A program made the translations under genes and the position numbers. From Thermodesulfobacteriota bacterium (GTDB lineage Bacteria; Desulfobacterota; Desulfarculia; JACQYL01): a stretch of 64,000 nt of DNA. Shown here piece by piece: positions 35,694 through 45,839 of this stretch. The stretch covers positions 1,312,001 to 1,376,000 of the forward strand of contig CAXXLZ010000001.1 in the NCBI GenBank assembly GCA_963675595.2, in the 5' to 3' direction. The notes under the pieces were generated by a model. The model made no database searches. It had not been told where the DNA came from and saw nothing but the letters and a program-made list of their open reading frames with translations. Positions within the stretch are counted from its first letter, which is position 1; each line of letters begins with the position of its first letter.

Positions 35694-35771
35694 TGGCGGG
35701 AGCGACGAGACTCGAACTCGCGACTTCCGGCGTGACAGGCCGGCGTTCTGACCAAACTGAACTACGCCCCC
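35694..35771 (-). tRNA. tRNA-Asp(GTC); prophage attachment site
   Basis: GGGGGCG...CCGGC-CTGTCAC-GCCGG...GTTCGAGTC...CGCTCCCGCCA cloverleaf. Confidence 0.95.
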
Positions 35772-35879
35772 GCAATCTTCAAGAAGCACCTTTCTATCCG
35801 CGTTGAAGAAATTTGTCAACAGAATTTGTTGGAAAAAAAAGAGCGCCCTCCCCCGGCATTAGGCGGGGCTTCTCCCCGG

Positions 35880-37148
35880 TCAGTCCCCGAGTAGCCCCAT
35901 GAGCGCGGAAACGAACCAACGCTTGGCAAGCACCCCGCCGGCGGCCCATTCATCCGCGCCCACGTCCATGGCGGCCCCACGAGGTCGGGATTCCCCGTCG
36001 AAATCATCCGTCAGCCCGGAGATGGAAATCCCCTGATCCACGACCGATTCCACCGCGGTTTGAAGATGCAGGTCTCCCTCCGCGGGGTTCACGAACCAGG
36101 CGCCTTCCGCTTCAGTGACGTTGTTGTGGAGTTCGGCGGAGGCTTCGTTCCGCTCGCGAATCAACCGATTGGTCAGATTGTTGGCGATGAAAACCCCCGT
36201 GGTGGCCGTAAAACGATACTCCACGGCATTGGCATAATCGTGTTCCATGAAGATGGTATTGTTGTAGACCTGGGTTTCCGGTGAGGATTCCAGTCCGATC
36301 CCCACGTCGCCGAATCCGTCGGAGTCGTCATGATAGATCATGTTGTTCCGGATGACGCCTCTTAGATGCCCACGGTCCCCCAGTCCGAAACCAATGCCTC
36401 GATCACAGTTCACGATCAAGTTGCGTTCCACCAGCGTGTCTTGGGAGTCGGACCAGAAATGAACCGCGTGCTCCGCCACGGCGCCGCCGGGGCTTCGAAT
36501 TCGACGAAACACGTTGTCTCGGATGATCCAGCCTTTCGCCTGATGGGCGTCCACGCCGCCGATATACCATTGGGGCCCGTAATCGTTCGTATACTCAAAG
36601 AGACATCCCTCCACCAGCCCATTGTCGGAGCCCACCGAGGGGTTGTCCGCATCGTAGGATACCTTGAGCATTTGCTCGAAAGTGTCCTGAATACGCACGT
36701 TCCGGATCACCGGACCATCGGCGTCAAGTTCCCCGTGGACCTGTATTCCGTGGTTGGCGACCCTACGAACGGTGACGTTCTCCAGAGTGAATCCCGATGC
36801 GGCGACTTCAAAACCATGCGGTACCGAACCGTACATGCCTCCCCCCTCAATGATCACCGCATCGCGGTTTCCGGATGAACCCCGCACCGTGATCCCGTCC
36901 GCGCCGATCCACAGGGCCTGACTCAATGTATAGACGCCGTCCGCCACTTCGATGTCGTTATCTCCCCCGGCATTGGCGAGCGCCACGGCCCGGACCAATT
37001 CGGCGGTAGTGGTCACCGAAACCGCGCGGGCTTGGGAAGCACCACAAATCATCAGTAGGCCGACCATCCACCATAATACCGAAGGCCGACATGCCCCTCG
37101 AGGGCACCTGAAGACACGGAAGGCTTCACGTGTATTACAATTGGCCAT
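35880..37148 (-). CDS. Secreted right-handed beta-helix (pectin-lyase-like) protein
   Basis: Signal peptide; repeated beta-helix motifs (IIRDNVF, VERNLI, IRNNMI); C-terminal DFDG..R....DVGADE. Confidence 0.75.
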   Translation of the reverse strand: MANCNTREAFRVFRCPRGACRPSVLWWMVGLLMICGASQARAVSVTTTAELVRAVALANAGGDNDIEVADGVYTLSQALWIGADGITVRGSSGNRDAVIIEGGGMYGSVPHGFEVAASGFTLENVTVRRVANHGIQVHGELDADGPVIRNVRIQDTFEQMLKVSYDADNPSVGSDNGLVEGCLFEYTNDYGPQWYIGGVDAHQAKGWIIRDNVFRRIRSPGGAVAEHAVHFWSDSQDTLVERNLIVNCDRGIGFGLGDRGHLRGVIRNNMIYHDDSDGFGDVGIGLESSPETQVYNNTIFMEHDYANAVEYRFTATTGVFIANNLTNRLIRERNEASAELHNNVTEAEGAWFVNPAEGDLHLQTAVESVVDQGISISGLTDDFDGESRPRGAAMDVGADEWAAGGVLAKRWFVSALMGLLGD

Positions 37149-37192
37149 ATGACCAGCCTAACCCATGGATTTAATGTTTCAAATCAATGTAA

Positions 37193-37756
37193 TCAGCCTA
37201 CCTCCCCATAGCGGAAACAGTCAAGCACGTGATCATTGACAAGGCCCGCCGCCTGCATAAACGCGTAACAGATGGTCGGGCCCACGAATCGGAATCCCCG
37301 ACTCTTCAAATCTTTGCTCATGGCCTCCGATTCGGGTGTGGAGGCCGGGATTTCCTCTTCGGTGCGCCACGCGTTTCGAATCGTTTCACCTCCCACAAAC
37401 CTCCACAGATACGCATCAAAAGACCCGAACTCTTCCCGCACCGATAGATACGCTCTCGCGTTCCGGACAGCGCTTTCGATCTTGAGTCGATTGCGCACGA
37501 TGCCGGAATTCGATAGTAATTCAAGTATCTTGGCATCATCGTACGAAGCAATGCGCTCGGCATCAAATTCGTCGAAGGCGCGCCGGTAATTCTCACGCTT
37601 TTTCAGAATGGTAATCCAACTCAGCCCGGCCTGCGCACCGTCCAACACCAGGGATTCGAACAATTTTCGGTCGTCGTGGAGAGGAACCCCCCATTCGGTG
37701 TCGTGATAGGACACATACAAAGGGTCCGTCCCCGCCCAGGCACATCTCTTTTTCAT
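37193..37756 (-). CDS. tag: DNA-3-methyladenine glycosylase I
   Basis: RCAW, YHDTEWG, QAGLSWITIL, VRNRLKI, FVGPTICYAFMQA.G.VNDH. Confidence 0.95.
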   Translation of the reverse strand: MKKRCAWAGTDPLYVSYHDTEWGVPLHDDRKLFESLVLDGAQAGLSWITILKKRENYRRAFDEFDAERIASYDDAKILELLSNSGIVRNRLKIESAVRNARAYLSVREEFGSFDAYLWRFVGGETIRNAWRTEEEIPASTPESEAMSKDLKSRGFRFVGPTICYAFMQAAGLVNDHVLDCFRYGEVG

Positions 37757-37987
37757 TGATTCCTCGCTTCCTCCATATCAACAACCATCGATCCGAAATC
37801 AGATTTCTTATGCAATCCCCCATCACTCAAGAGGAATTTTATCATGCATCGAATCACAAAGGAATCGTGCCGCACTTCCACACTCAACAAACCCGGCATC
37901 ACGGCGATCTCCGGTTGATTCGTCGTCATTCATTTCAAACGAAAACCGGTAATGATCTCCATCCGGAAATGGGGGCGCTGAAACGAT

Positions 37988-38018
37988 GAAAGCCCTGGAC
38001 AATAGTCCGGGGCTTTTC
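37988..38018. terminator. Bidirectional-type hairpin terminator downstream of tRNA-Leu
   Basis: AAAGCCCTGGAC-AATA-GTCCGGGGCTTT. Confidence 0.55.
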
Positions 38019-38219
38019 TATTGAATGCGGATAACGCGGAATTTTTCGAGGCTTGGCGACACCGGCGAGCCATCAACAGGCTGATGAAAGACGCGATCTG
38101 CGGAACTGCGCTTCATTCCCGGGATTCGCGCGCCTTCCGTGTCATCGTTTTTCACCGGCCTGCGGCAACCGGGCTTTTTCAAGCGGCTGCCCAAGGGAGC
38201 CGGCCCGTGCCGCATTTTG

Positions 38220-38280
38220 AAATCATTGGTGCCTGGGGCGGGGATCGACTCAAATCATTGGTGCCTGGGGCGGGGATCGA
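38220..38280. repeat. 29-bp tandem duplication of the tRNA-Leu 3' end
   Basis: AAATCATTGGTGCCTGGGGCGGGGATCGA at 38220-48 and 38252-80. Confidence 0.9.
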
Positions 38281-38346
38281 ACCCGCACGGGACGAGGTCC
38301 CAAGGGATTTTAAGTCCCTTGCGTCTACCGGTTCCGCCACCCAGGC
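38259..38346 (-). tRNA. tRNA-Leu(TAA)
   Basis: GCCTGGG...AGGGA-CTTAAAA-TCCCT, long variable arm, GTTCGATC, CCCAGGCACCA. Confidence 0.95.
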
Positions 38347-38476
38347 CCTCGCCCTCCCTATAGGGACTTTGCGGGAATTCTGTCAAGGGATTTCACTCAT
38401 TCCCGAGGACGTCCCGCACACCACGGACCTCCTCTTTGGAACGGCGTAACGGGAGTCCGGGCTTTCTGAAGGAGCT

Positions 38477-38950
38477 ATGATGAAACTGAGACTACTCTGG
38501 GTGGGTAAGACCCGAGAACCCTATCTGGCGGAGGGAATTCGACTGTTTCGACAACGAATTCAGCGCTATATGGCGGTTGAAACCGTGGCTGTTCGGGGAG
38601 AAAAGATTCGACAAACCGCCAACGAGACAATTCTAAGGGACAAAGAATGTGAGCGTCTGCTCCAAGCGGTCGTTCAGGACGACCGGGTCCTCGCTTTGGA
38701 CCCTTCCGGAAAGATGCCGGACTCGGAAGCTTTCAGCCGATTGTTGGGGGATTACAGGGATCGAGGCGTCCGCTCCATGGCGTTTGTTCTGGGGAGTCCT
38801 TTAGGACTCAACGAGGAAATCCTTCAGCGGGCGGACTTTCGTTTCAGTCTGTCTCCGCTGACGTTCACCCATGAAATGGCCCGTCTCATTTTGATGGAGC
38901 AAATCTATCGGGCGCTGACCATCCTGGCCGGTGAGAAGTACCACAAATGA
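38477..38950 (+). CDS. rlmH: 23S rRNA pseudouridine-1915 N3-methyltransferase
   Basis: VGK, LTFTHEMARLILMEQIYRALTILAGEKYHK. Confidence 0.93.
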   Translation: MMKLRLLWVGKTREPYLAEGIRLFRQRIQRYMAVETVAVRGEKIRQTANETILRDKECERLLQAVVQDDRVLALDPSGKMPDSEAFSRLLGDYRDRGVRSMAFVLGSPLGLNEEILQRADFRFSLSPLTFTHEMARLILMEQIYRALTILAGEKYHK

Positions 38951-39071
38951 AGCATTTACAGTGCCGGCAGTCCGTCCGTCGATTCAGCCGGCCGGAGGGA
39001 TATCTCGGAAGGTTCCGACGTCCGCCGCCCCGAACCGAGTTCGAGGCGAACGTACCCATCGGAAAGACGCG

Positions 39072-39293
39072 TTACACGGCTTCCACTCTTTCGACGGAAG
39101 GGATTTCCTGCTTCAATATCCTTTCGATGCCCATTTTCAGCGTCATTTGGGACATGGGGCATCCTCCGCAGGCCCCGGTAAGTTTTACCTTGACCACGTT
39201 TCCTTCCACGTCCACCAACTCCACATTCCCCCCGTCGGCCTGCAGAGCCGGACGGATTTTGTTTAAGGCGGTTTCCACCTGTTCCTTGTTCAT
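39072..39293 (-). CDS. NifU/Nfu-family Fe-S carrier
   Basis: IRPALQADGGNVELV...GACGGCPMS. Confidence 0.9.
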   Translation of the reverse strand: MNKEQVETALNKIRPALQADGGNVELVDVEGNVVKVKLTGACGGCPMSQMTLKMGIERILKQEIPSVERVEAV

Positions 39294-39487
39294 TCATCTT
39301 CCTCCCGCCGCCTTAAGACGCGCTCTCACTCGTCAGAAACACCGAGTACGGACGCACGATGCGGCGACTGTTTGTTGAAAAGTATTGCTCACCCCCGGCA
39401 GGCGCCCTCTGACGCTTGCTTATTTCTCCTCATAATAATACCATTTCGGCTTCGACGCAATTCCAATGACTTTTCCGGGAAAAGACA

Positions 39488-40501
39488 ATGACAAACAACG
39501 GTTTCTTTCATCATCGCCTTACAAGGCTCTTCGGCATCTTAGGCATCATCATCCTCTTTTCCACGGGCTGCGGTACGGGCGCGGAAAAGACCAAGAGCCG
39601 TGACATATCGGATATAGGGCTGGTGCAACTCGTTGATACTCCTCTCATGGCACAGGCAAGGCAGGGTCTGGAAGACGAATTGGCGGACAGGCTCGGAACG
39701 AGGGTGCACCGGGTTCGGCTCGATTGGGCCGACGCAGGCGGGCAACCCCTGGCGCTCAAGCCCATCATCCAAACCTTCGAAAAAGAGAACAAACAGGTCA
39801 TTGTGACCCTGGGGAGCCCTCCCCTGGAACACGCCATTGAGGTCGTTGCGACGGTTCCCGTGGTATTCGGAGTGACCATCAATCCCGGAGTTATGGGGCT
39901 CAACCTCAAATACCGTCCCGCCATGCCCAATTTCACGGGCACGTATGCGGAACCACCCATTGCAGCCTTGGGCGAATTCGTCAAGATTCTCATGCCCGAC
40001 TTGCGAGAAGTGGGCGTTGTTTGGAATCCCTCGAGAGTCAACTCGAGATATGAGATGCACGCTTTGAGAACATGGTGTGCGAGCGAAGGATACGTGCTGG
40101 AGGAATCGCGTATTCGGCGCTCGGCCGATTTGGAATACGCGACCCGCCTCCTTCTGGACAAAGAACCGCAGGCCATATTCATCCTGGCCGACGATTTGGT
40201 CATTGACGGATTTCGCGATCTGATGGCCCCTATCATCAGGGAAAGGGGCATCCCCATGTTCACGGACATGCCCGACCTGGTTGGAGAAGAAGGCGCAGAC
40301 CTGGGTTGGGGGTTCGACTTCTACCTTTGGGGCCGCGCCACCGGGCGAAAGGTGGTCGAAGTGCTTGAGGGAACAGCTCCCTACCTGGTTTCCATAGATC
40401 GCTTCGAGCAATGCCGACTGGTCGTTCACCGGGCGGGATTGGAAAAGGCGGGACTTCAGGTCCCGGAAACCCTGCTGGAAAAAGCGGATACCGTATACTA
40501 A
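39488..40501 (+). CDS. ABC transporter substrate-binding lipoprotein
   Basis: Lipobox STGC; VPVVF, NFTG, VGVVWNPSRVNS motifs. Confidence 0.8.
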   Translation: MTNNGFFHHRLTRLFGILGIIILFSTGCGTGAEKTKSRDISDIGLVQLVDTPLMAQARQGLEDELADRLGTRVHRVRLDWADAGGQPLALKPIIQTFEKENKQVIVTLGSPPLEHAIEVVATVPVVFGVTINPGVMGLNLKYRPAMPNFTGTYAEPPIAALGEFVKILMPDLREVGVVWNPSRVNSRYEMHALRTWCASEGYVLEESRIRRSADLEYATRLLLDKEPQAIFILADDLVIDGFRDLMAPIIRERGIPMFTDMPDLVGEEGADLGWGFDFYLWGRATGRKVVEVLEGTAPYLVSIDRFEQCRLVVHRAGLEKAGLQVPETLLEKADTVY

Positions 40502-40608
40502 CGCGAGGCTGGATCGAGGACCCGTCTGCAAGGCGGAGGGTCGGCGATCTCCCGGGACGGGTGAGAGTCCGTATCACTCGGCGGAGACCGCTAAAGGGCG
40601 GGCAAAGT

Positions 40609-40848
40609 TCAGTACTTCTCGATGCAACGACTCAAGGCCTGCCGAAGGGAACTTCTCACTTCTTCCGGCACGGGTTCCTGAGGTAGGATTTCAGAGAGCG
40701 CAATGGTTCGCCGAATGGATTCAAGGCAATCACCGCATTGCCTGCATTCCTCCAGGTGCGCTTCGACCTTTTCCCGAGTCGCCTGATCACATTCGAGATC
40801 AAGGTATTCGCTCATCTTTCGGTACATCTCAAGGCACTTAGCTTTCAT
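40609..40848 (-). CDS. Zinc-binding anti-sigma factor (ZAS)
   Basis: C..MSEYLD...HLEECRQC (HxxxCxxC). Confidence 0.85.
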   Translation of the reverse strand: MKAKCLEMYRKMSEYLDLECDQATREKVEAHLEECRQCGDCLESIRRTIALSEILPQEPVPEEVRSSLRQALSRCIEKY

Positions 40849-41440
40849 ATCCCAACCCTTCGTAATGATCCCGGATTTGATTTCTGAGGAACAGACGGGC
40901 ACGATGCAGGCGCACCTTGACGGTAGCCTGGGAGAGAGAAAGCATTTCAGCCGTTTCCTGCGTGTTGAACTGCTCCTTGTCTCTCAATACCCAAACGATC
41001 CGGTACTTGGGGGGAAGTTCTCCGATGGCGGATTCGATCACCTGTGCCAACTCACGATTCAGGAGCTGGTCGATGGGGGTGGTGAGCCATTGGGGCGTGT
41101 TGTCCGGATGCACATGGTCTTCAGGAAGCAGTTCTTCCCACGACAGCTCGCGATCGGGTTGATGCTTGGTCTTACGGCGCTTCTTAATGCACACGGAAGA
41201 TGCGATCTTGTATAGCCAGTTCTTGAACGCGGACTCGCCGCGGAACCGGTCCAGGTAGCGGAGAACATTCAAAAAAGTCTCCTGCAAAAGGTCTTCCGCA
41301 TCCTGTTGGTGTCTGCACATCCTGAGCCCGAAATTGAATATCTTCTGCTCATAGCGCTTCAGGATTTGTTCAAAGGCCTCCGAATCTCCGCCCAAATAGC
41401 GTTCAACCAACTCCATATCTGTGGGGATGTTCGAGTTCAT
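40838..41440 (-). CDS. ECF sigma-70 factor
   Basis: DAEDLLQETF, FKNWLYKIA, TVKVRLHRAR. Confidence 0.9.
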   Translation of the reverse strand: MNSNIPTDMELVERYLGGDSEAFEQILKRYEQKIFNFGLRMCRHQQDAEDLLQETFLNVLRYLDRFRGESAFKNWLYKIASSVCIKKRRKTKHQPDRELSWEELLPEDHVHPDNTPQWLTTPIDQLLNRELAQVIESAIGELPPKYRIVWVLRDKEQFNTQETAEMLSLSQATVKVRLHRARLFLRNQIRDHYEGLGYES

Positions 41441-41541
41441 GGTGTGCATCTTAAGAAGAGGCGCGTTGCTTGTCAACGGAGGCACATCAAGAGGCAGAGA
41501 GCTCGAGAAACTTCGAGGAGCAGCCGCCCGCGGGGATTGCT

Positions 41542-42027
41542 TCAAGCATTCCCCTGGACCTTCAAAGTCTTCAGCAGGGCCGCGACCTGTTCGGGGCCCA
41601 GATTCCGCTCCCCCACATAGATGGAGAACATCTGGATCATGCAGGTGATTTTCGAGATGACCAAGTCTCTCACCAGAAAAGTGATCGCGAAGCGTTGACT
41701 TTCGGTGAGGTTCTCGCTGCCGAAAGCTTTGAGCACCTCGCGGACCATGGGCTCGACCCGAAGATGAATCTCACGTTGGGTGTCGGTTAGAGGACCGCCG
41801 GATCCGACCCCCCAAACCGCCGGAACGATATAGTCGTTGGGGCACTGGACGAGTTCGGCCCAATGGGCGGAAAATATTTCCAGGGCGGTTTGGTTCAGTT
41901 TGGGTTCCACCGCCCTTGAAATCGAAAGGAGCTCCTCCGTCCCCTGATCTTTCTTCTTCTGAAATCGTGAAATAATGTTGGGAAGTTTCATGAAATCCAT
42001 CTCCAAAATCGGCTGTTCAGTCGGCAT
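41542..42027 (-). CDS. Hypothetical protein
   Basis: ORF in operon between pyrH and the sigma factor. Confidence 0.6.
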   Translation of the reverse strand: MPTEQPILEMDFMKLPNIISRFQKKKDQGTEELLSISRAVEPKLNQTALEIFSAHWAELVQCPNDYIVPAVWGVGSGGPLTDTQREIHLRVEPMVREVLKAFGSENLTESQRFAITFLVRDLVISKITCMIQMFSIYVGERNLGPEQVAALLKTLKVQGNA

Positions 42028-42052
42028 GCCCGCCCGGCCGGATTCGCGGCAA

Positions 42053-42772
42053 CTACACGCCGACCCGAGTGCCTACGGGCTCCCCATGCACAAGCCGTTC
42101 CAAATTGCCGCTTTTTCTTATGTTCAAGACGACCAGAGGGAGTCGGTGTTCTTTAAGCAAAGTCATGGCGGTCAGGTCCATGACTCTCAGCTCTTTATTC
42201 AAGACTTCGCCGTGTGTCAGGGTTTCGTACAGAACGGCTTTCGGGTTCACCGAGGGATTGTCGCTATAGACCCCATCCACATTGGTGGCCTTGACGAGAA
42301 GGCCGCATTCCATTTCCAATGCGGCGAGAGCCGCCGTGGTATCGGTGGTGAAAAACGGTCGCCCCAATCCGCCCACGAAAATAACCGTTGAATTCCGATC
42401 CAGATCCTCTCGAGCTTCCGTCCTCGAAAAGGGCCGTGCGACGCCGGCTATGGGCAAGCTCGAATAGACCATCGCCCTGCCCCCTCGATACTCGAAAAAG
42501 TCTCGAAGCGCCAGGCCGTTCATTACGGTGGCGAGCATTCCCATGGTATCGCCCGTGGGCCGTTTCAATTCCTCGGGACGCATGTTTCCGCGAAAAAGAT
42601 TTCCGCCCCCGATGACGATCCCTACCTGAAAACCTTGCTTCTGCACACGGAGAATCTCATCCACCACGGACAGGATCGAGGGTCCGTGGAATCCCCGGTT
42701 CTCTTCTCCTCCCAAGGCCTCACCACTCAGTTTGACCATAATGCGCGAATTAGGCAGTTTCATCGTTGCCAT
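42053..42772 (-). CDS. pyrH: Uridylate kinase
   Basis: KLSGEAL, GGGNLFRG, DTMGMLATVMN, PFFTTDT, VMDLTA. Confidence 0.93.
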   Translation of the reverse strand: MATMKLPNSRIMVKLSGEALGGEENRGFHGPSILSVVDEILRVQKQGFQVGIVIGGGNLFRGNMRPEELKRPTGDTMGMLATVMNGLALRDFFEYRGGRAMVYSSLPIAGVARPFSRTEAREDLDRNSTVIFVGGLGRPFFTTDTTAALAALEMECGLLVKATNVDGVYSDNPSVNPKAVLYETLTHGEVLNKELRVMDLTAMTLLKEHRLPLVVLNIRKSGNLERLVHGEPVGTRVGV

Positions 42773-42785
42773 CCTTTGATTCCAA

Positions 42786-43781
42786 TCAATGGTTTTCAGC
42801 TTGATCAAAATGCGGGACCGCCTCCGTGCCGGTCCCACCAAATACCCGATCCAGGAGCATCACCGCGGCGAATCCGACAACCATCAGCAGGAGCGCCACG
42901 ACAAGGTCTCGATCGACTTGATGAGGCAGAAAATTGGCTTCCTGCAATACCAGAACCTTTCCCTCGACGAGCTTGGTCTTAACGGCCTCTTTCCAGGGCC
43001 AGACCTTTCTCAGCGCTCCCACCATGAATCCCGTCAATATGGCCAGGGTTTCCTGACGCCGGTGTGAAAGGAAATAGTGGAGGACCCGGGAGAAGGCCGC
43101 GAGACCGACGCCGCATCCACACACAAACGTGACGATGACAAATATATTGGAGAGCAGAAAGGGATTTTTGAGCGTCCCGGTAATGAATTCGTATTTTCCC
43201 AGGATCAAGAGGATAAAGGCGCCGCTGATGCCTGGAAGGATCATCGCGCAGACCGCCACGGCCCCGCTGAGGAATATGAACCACGAAGATTCCGGCGTTG
43301 TCACCGGGATGGTCCCCACGATCCAGTAGCTCGCGACACAGCCCGCCACAAGGCAAACCGGCAAACGCAGGCTTTTGAGGTCCAATCCCCTACCGATGAC
43401 CAGAATGGAGGCCAGGATCAGCCCGAAAAACAGGGACCAGACGGAGACGGGGTACCGATCCATCAGATAATGCATCAAACGAGACGCGGAAACCAAGGCG
43501 GTCCCGATTCCCAACATAAGCGGCACCAGAAAACGCACGTGAGCGGTTGAAAGCACTCCCGAAATATCCAGATGGAACAGTCTCGAAAAAAAACGGGCGT
43601 CAAACGATCGAACCGCGGAGATCAGGTCTTCGTAGATTCCCGTGATAAAGGCTATGGTGCCGCCCGAGACGCCGGGAATGATATCCGCCAATCCCATGCA
43701 GAATCCCTTAAGCCCCAATACGAGCGCTTCTTTGCCGGTCTTCGGACCGGGAGACGCCAGAAATGCTTGTTTCAACCTCAT
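42786..43781 (-). CDS. DUF368 family membrane protein
   Basis: KGFCMGLADIIPGVSGGTIA and AMILPGISG repeats. Confidence 0.88.
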   Translation of the reverse strand: MRLKQAFLASPGPKTGKEALVLGLKGFCMGLADIIPGVSGGTIAFITGIYEDLISAVRSFDARFFSRLFHLDISGVLSTAHVRFLVPLMLGIGTALVSASRLMHYLMDRYPVSVWSLFFGLILASILVIGRGLDLKSLRLPVCLVAGCVASYWIVGTIPVTTPESSWFIFLSGAVAVCAMILPGISGAFILLILGKYEFITGTLKNPFLLSNIFVIVTFVCGCGVGLAAFSRVLHYFLSHRRQETLAILTGFMVGALRKVWPWKEAVKTKLVEGKVLVLQEANFLPHQVDRDLVVALLLMVVGFAAVMLLDRVFGGTGTEAVPHFDQAENH

Positions 43782-43913
43782 GAATGCTCCCTGGGAAGCG
43801 CAGGATTCCGTCTTGTGGGTCCACCAAACCGTTTTGAAAGTCTCGGCGGCAGAGGTGGGTTGTGCCGGAATACATCCGTCCATCCGATGGAGAAACCGTG
43901 ATGGGAAAGGAAA

Positions 43914-44729
43914 TCAACCCCGGTAATAAAAAACCGTTACGAGCCCCAAAATGAAGCAGTATGGTGCGAATATCCAGAACTTTCCTACTCGTACCAGCTT
44001 GAGAAGGAGGTTCAGTGCCAAGTACCCGCTCAATGCGGCGGATAAAGTTCCCACCGCCAATGACACGGGCTCGCCCATTACCCGACCTGAATCAAATTGA
44101 AGTACGGCCGCCCCCAAAATGGCCGGAATAAACAACAAGAAGGAAAAACGGGCGGCCAACTCTCGATCCAAATGCAATAACAAGCCCAGCGTGATAGTCG
44201 TGCCTGACCTGGAAATGCCCGGAATGACCGCGAGTCCCTGTCCCAGGCCGATCAACGCGGAATCCCGGAAACGAATCTCCGAAATCCGGTCTATTGAAGG
44301 CTTGGCCCATTTGCTCAAGGTCAAAATCACGCCCGTTCCCATCAAGGCGATCCCCACGTAGAAAGGAGATGCAAAGAGGCCTTCCAGTTCGTCTTTGAAC
44401 GTGAGAGCGAAGACACCCGTTACCAACGTGCCGATACAAACCAGGACGAAAAGCCGAATGTTGGGGTCCGGTTGCCGGGCGGCCGGGGAAGTCGCTCTGA
44501 TTCTTCCCCGGACTGCAACCAGGGAAAGGAGGATTTGCAGCAGCTCTTTCCGAACAAAGATACAAACGGCGAACAAAGTGCCGAGATGAAGACAAACATC
44601 GAAGAAGAGTTCGGGTTCGTTCAAACCGAAGAGGTGTTGAAAAATCACCAAATGGCCGGAACTGCTTACGGGTAGAAATTCGGTCAGGCCTTGAACGACA
44701 CCGAGTATGGCGGCTTTGAGGGGATCCAT
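43914..44729 (-). CDS. uppP: Undecaprenyl-diphosphatase
   Basis: QGLTEFLPVSSSGH, PGISRSG, ARFSFL. Confidence 0.93.
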   Translation of the reverse strand: MDPLKAAILGVVQGLTEFLPVSSSGHLVIFQHLFGLNEPELFFDVCLHLGTLFAVCIFVRKELLQILLSLVAVRGRIRATSPAARQPDPNIRLFVLVCIGTLVTGVFALTFKDELEGLFASPFYVGIALMGTGVILTLSKWAKPSIDRISEIRFRDSALIGLGQGLAVIPGISRSGTTITLGLLLHLDRELAARFSFLLFIPAILGAAVLQFDSGRVMGEPVSLAVGTLSAALSGYLALNLLLKLVRVGKFWIFAPYCFILGLVTVFYYRG

Positions 44730-44879
44730 GCGCCTTCCGAAGGCGAAAATAGTCGAGAAACGAGAGTCGGACCTTCCGATCCCTGGTGAGAAGCAGGCAG
44801 GGTAGAACGGCGGTCGTCCATAGGGCACCGTTGCATACGATCCCACTCAAAGGGCAAGACGTTGCACGAGCAGAACGCC

Positions 44880-45641
44880 TTATACCAGATTAAGATACCA
44901 CGCCACAAGGGATTCTCCGAAGAAGAGGTAACCCACTGCCGCAATTGATAAAAATGGACCAAATGGAATGGCGAGTCTCAGATTGGATCTCATAATCACC
45001 ATGATAAGGGTGCCTATGATCGCTCCGATCACGGAAGCGGCCAAGAGCACGAAAAGCACTCCCTCCCAGCCCAGAAAGGCTCCGATCATGGCCAGGAGTT
45101 TCACGTCGCCGAGCCCCATCCCTTCTCTACGAGTGAACAGGAAATAACCCCAGGAAACCGCCAGCAGGAGTCCCGCGCCAAGAATCAACCCCAAACCGGA
45201 GTCCAGCGGGCTTAGGTCCTCCCGGAAAAATGAAAAGACGAACCCGAGCGGAATTCCCGGCAAGGAGATGACATCGGGTATAATCCGGTGGGCAAGGTCG
45301 ATGAAGGAGATCACTATCAGAGAGGCCACGAAAATGAACCAGGCCAAGAACAGCCACGAGAGTCCGAATCGCATGCACAGGAAGACGGCCAGGAGAGCGG
45401 TAATCAGCTCCACGGTCGGGTATACGGGAGAAATTCGTTCACCGCAGCGACGGCACCTTCCCAGCAGCACGAGGTAGCTCAACAAGGGAATGTTCAAATA
45501 CCATGGAATGGGACATCGACAGTGGGGGCAGCGGGAACCGGGCGAAACCACGGACTCGTCCAGTGGGAGGCGAAGGATGCAGACGTTCAAGAAACTGCCT
45601 ACCACCGCCCCGAAACAGAAAATGATGAGTTGTATCGTCAT
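44880..45641 (-). CDS. pilD: Type IV prepilin peptidase
   Basis: GSFLNV, CPHC/CRRC, MGLGDVKL, IPFGPFL. Confidence 0.93.
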   Translation of the reverse strand: MTIQLIIFCFGAVVGSFLNVCILRLPLDESVVSPGSRCPHCRCPIPWYLNIPLLSYLVLLGRCRRCGERISPVYPTVELITALLAVFLCMRFGLSWLFLAWFIFVASLIVISFIDLAHRIIPDVISLPGIPLGFVFSFFREDLSPLDSGLGLILGAGLLLAVSWGYFLFTRREGMGLGDVKLLAMIGAFLGWEGVLFVLLAASVIGAIIGTLIMVIMRSNLRLAIPFGPFLSIAAVGYLFFGESLVAWYLNLV

Positions 45642-45839
45642 GAGCAGTGCCTTTGAGGGTAGGAATCCATATTCGGAATAGCCTTGGCGTTTGGAGGGGC
45701 TCGGTCCTCTGAGCGAACCATCCTATTCAAAGGACGGAGGAGGTGCAAACCGAATCACGCCTCCCCTCCTCCGTGTGGGCAAGCTCGGAGAGGAGGTGCC
45801 GCAGTTGATTTTCCCAATAAGCTGGTTTATACAAGTCGC

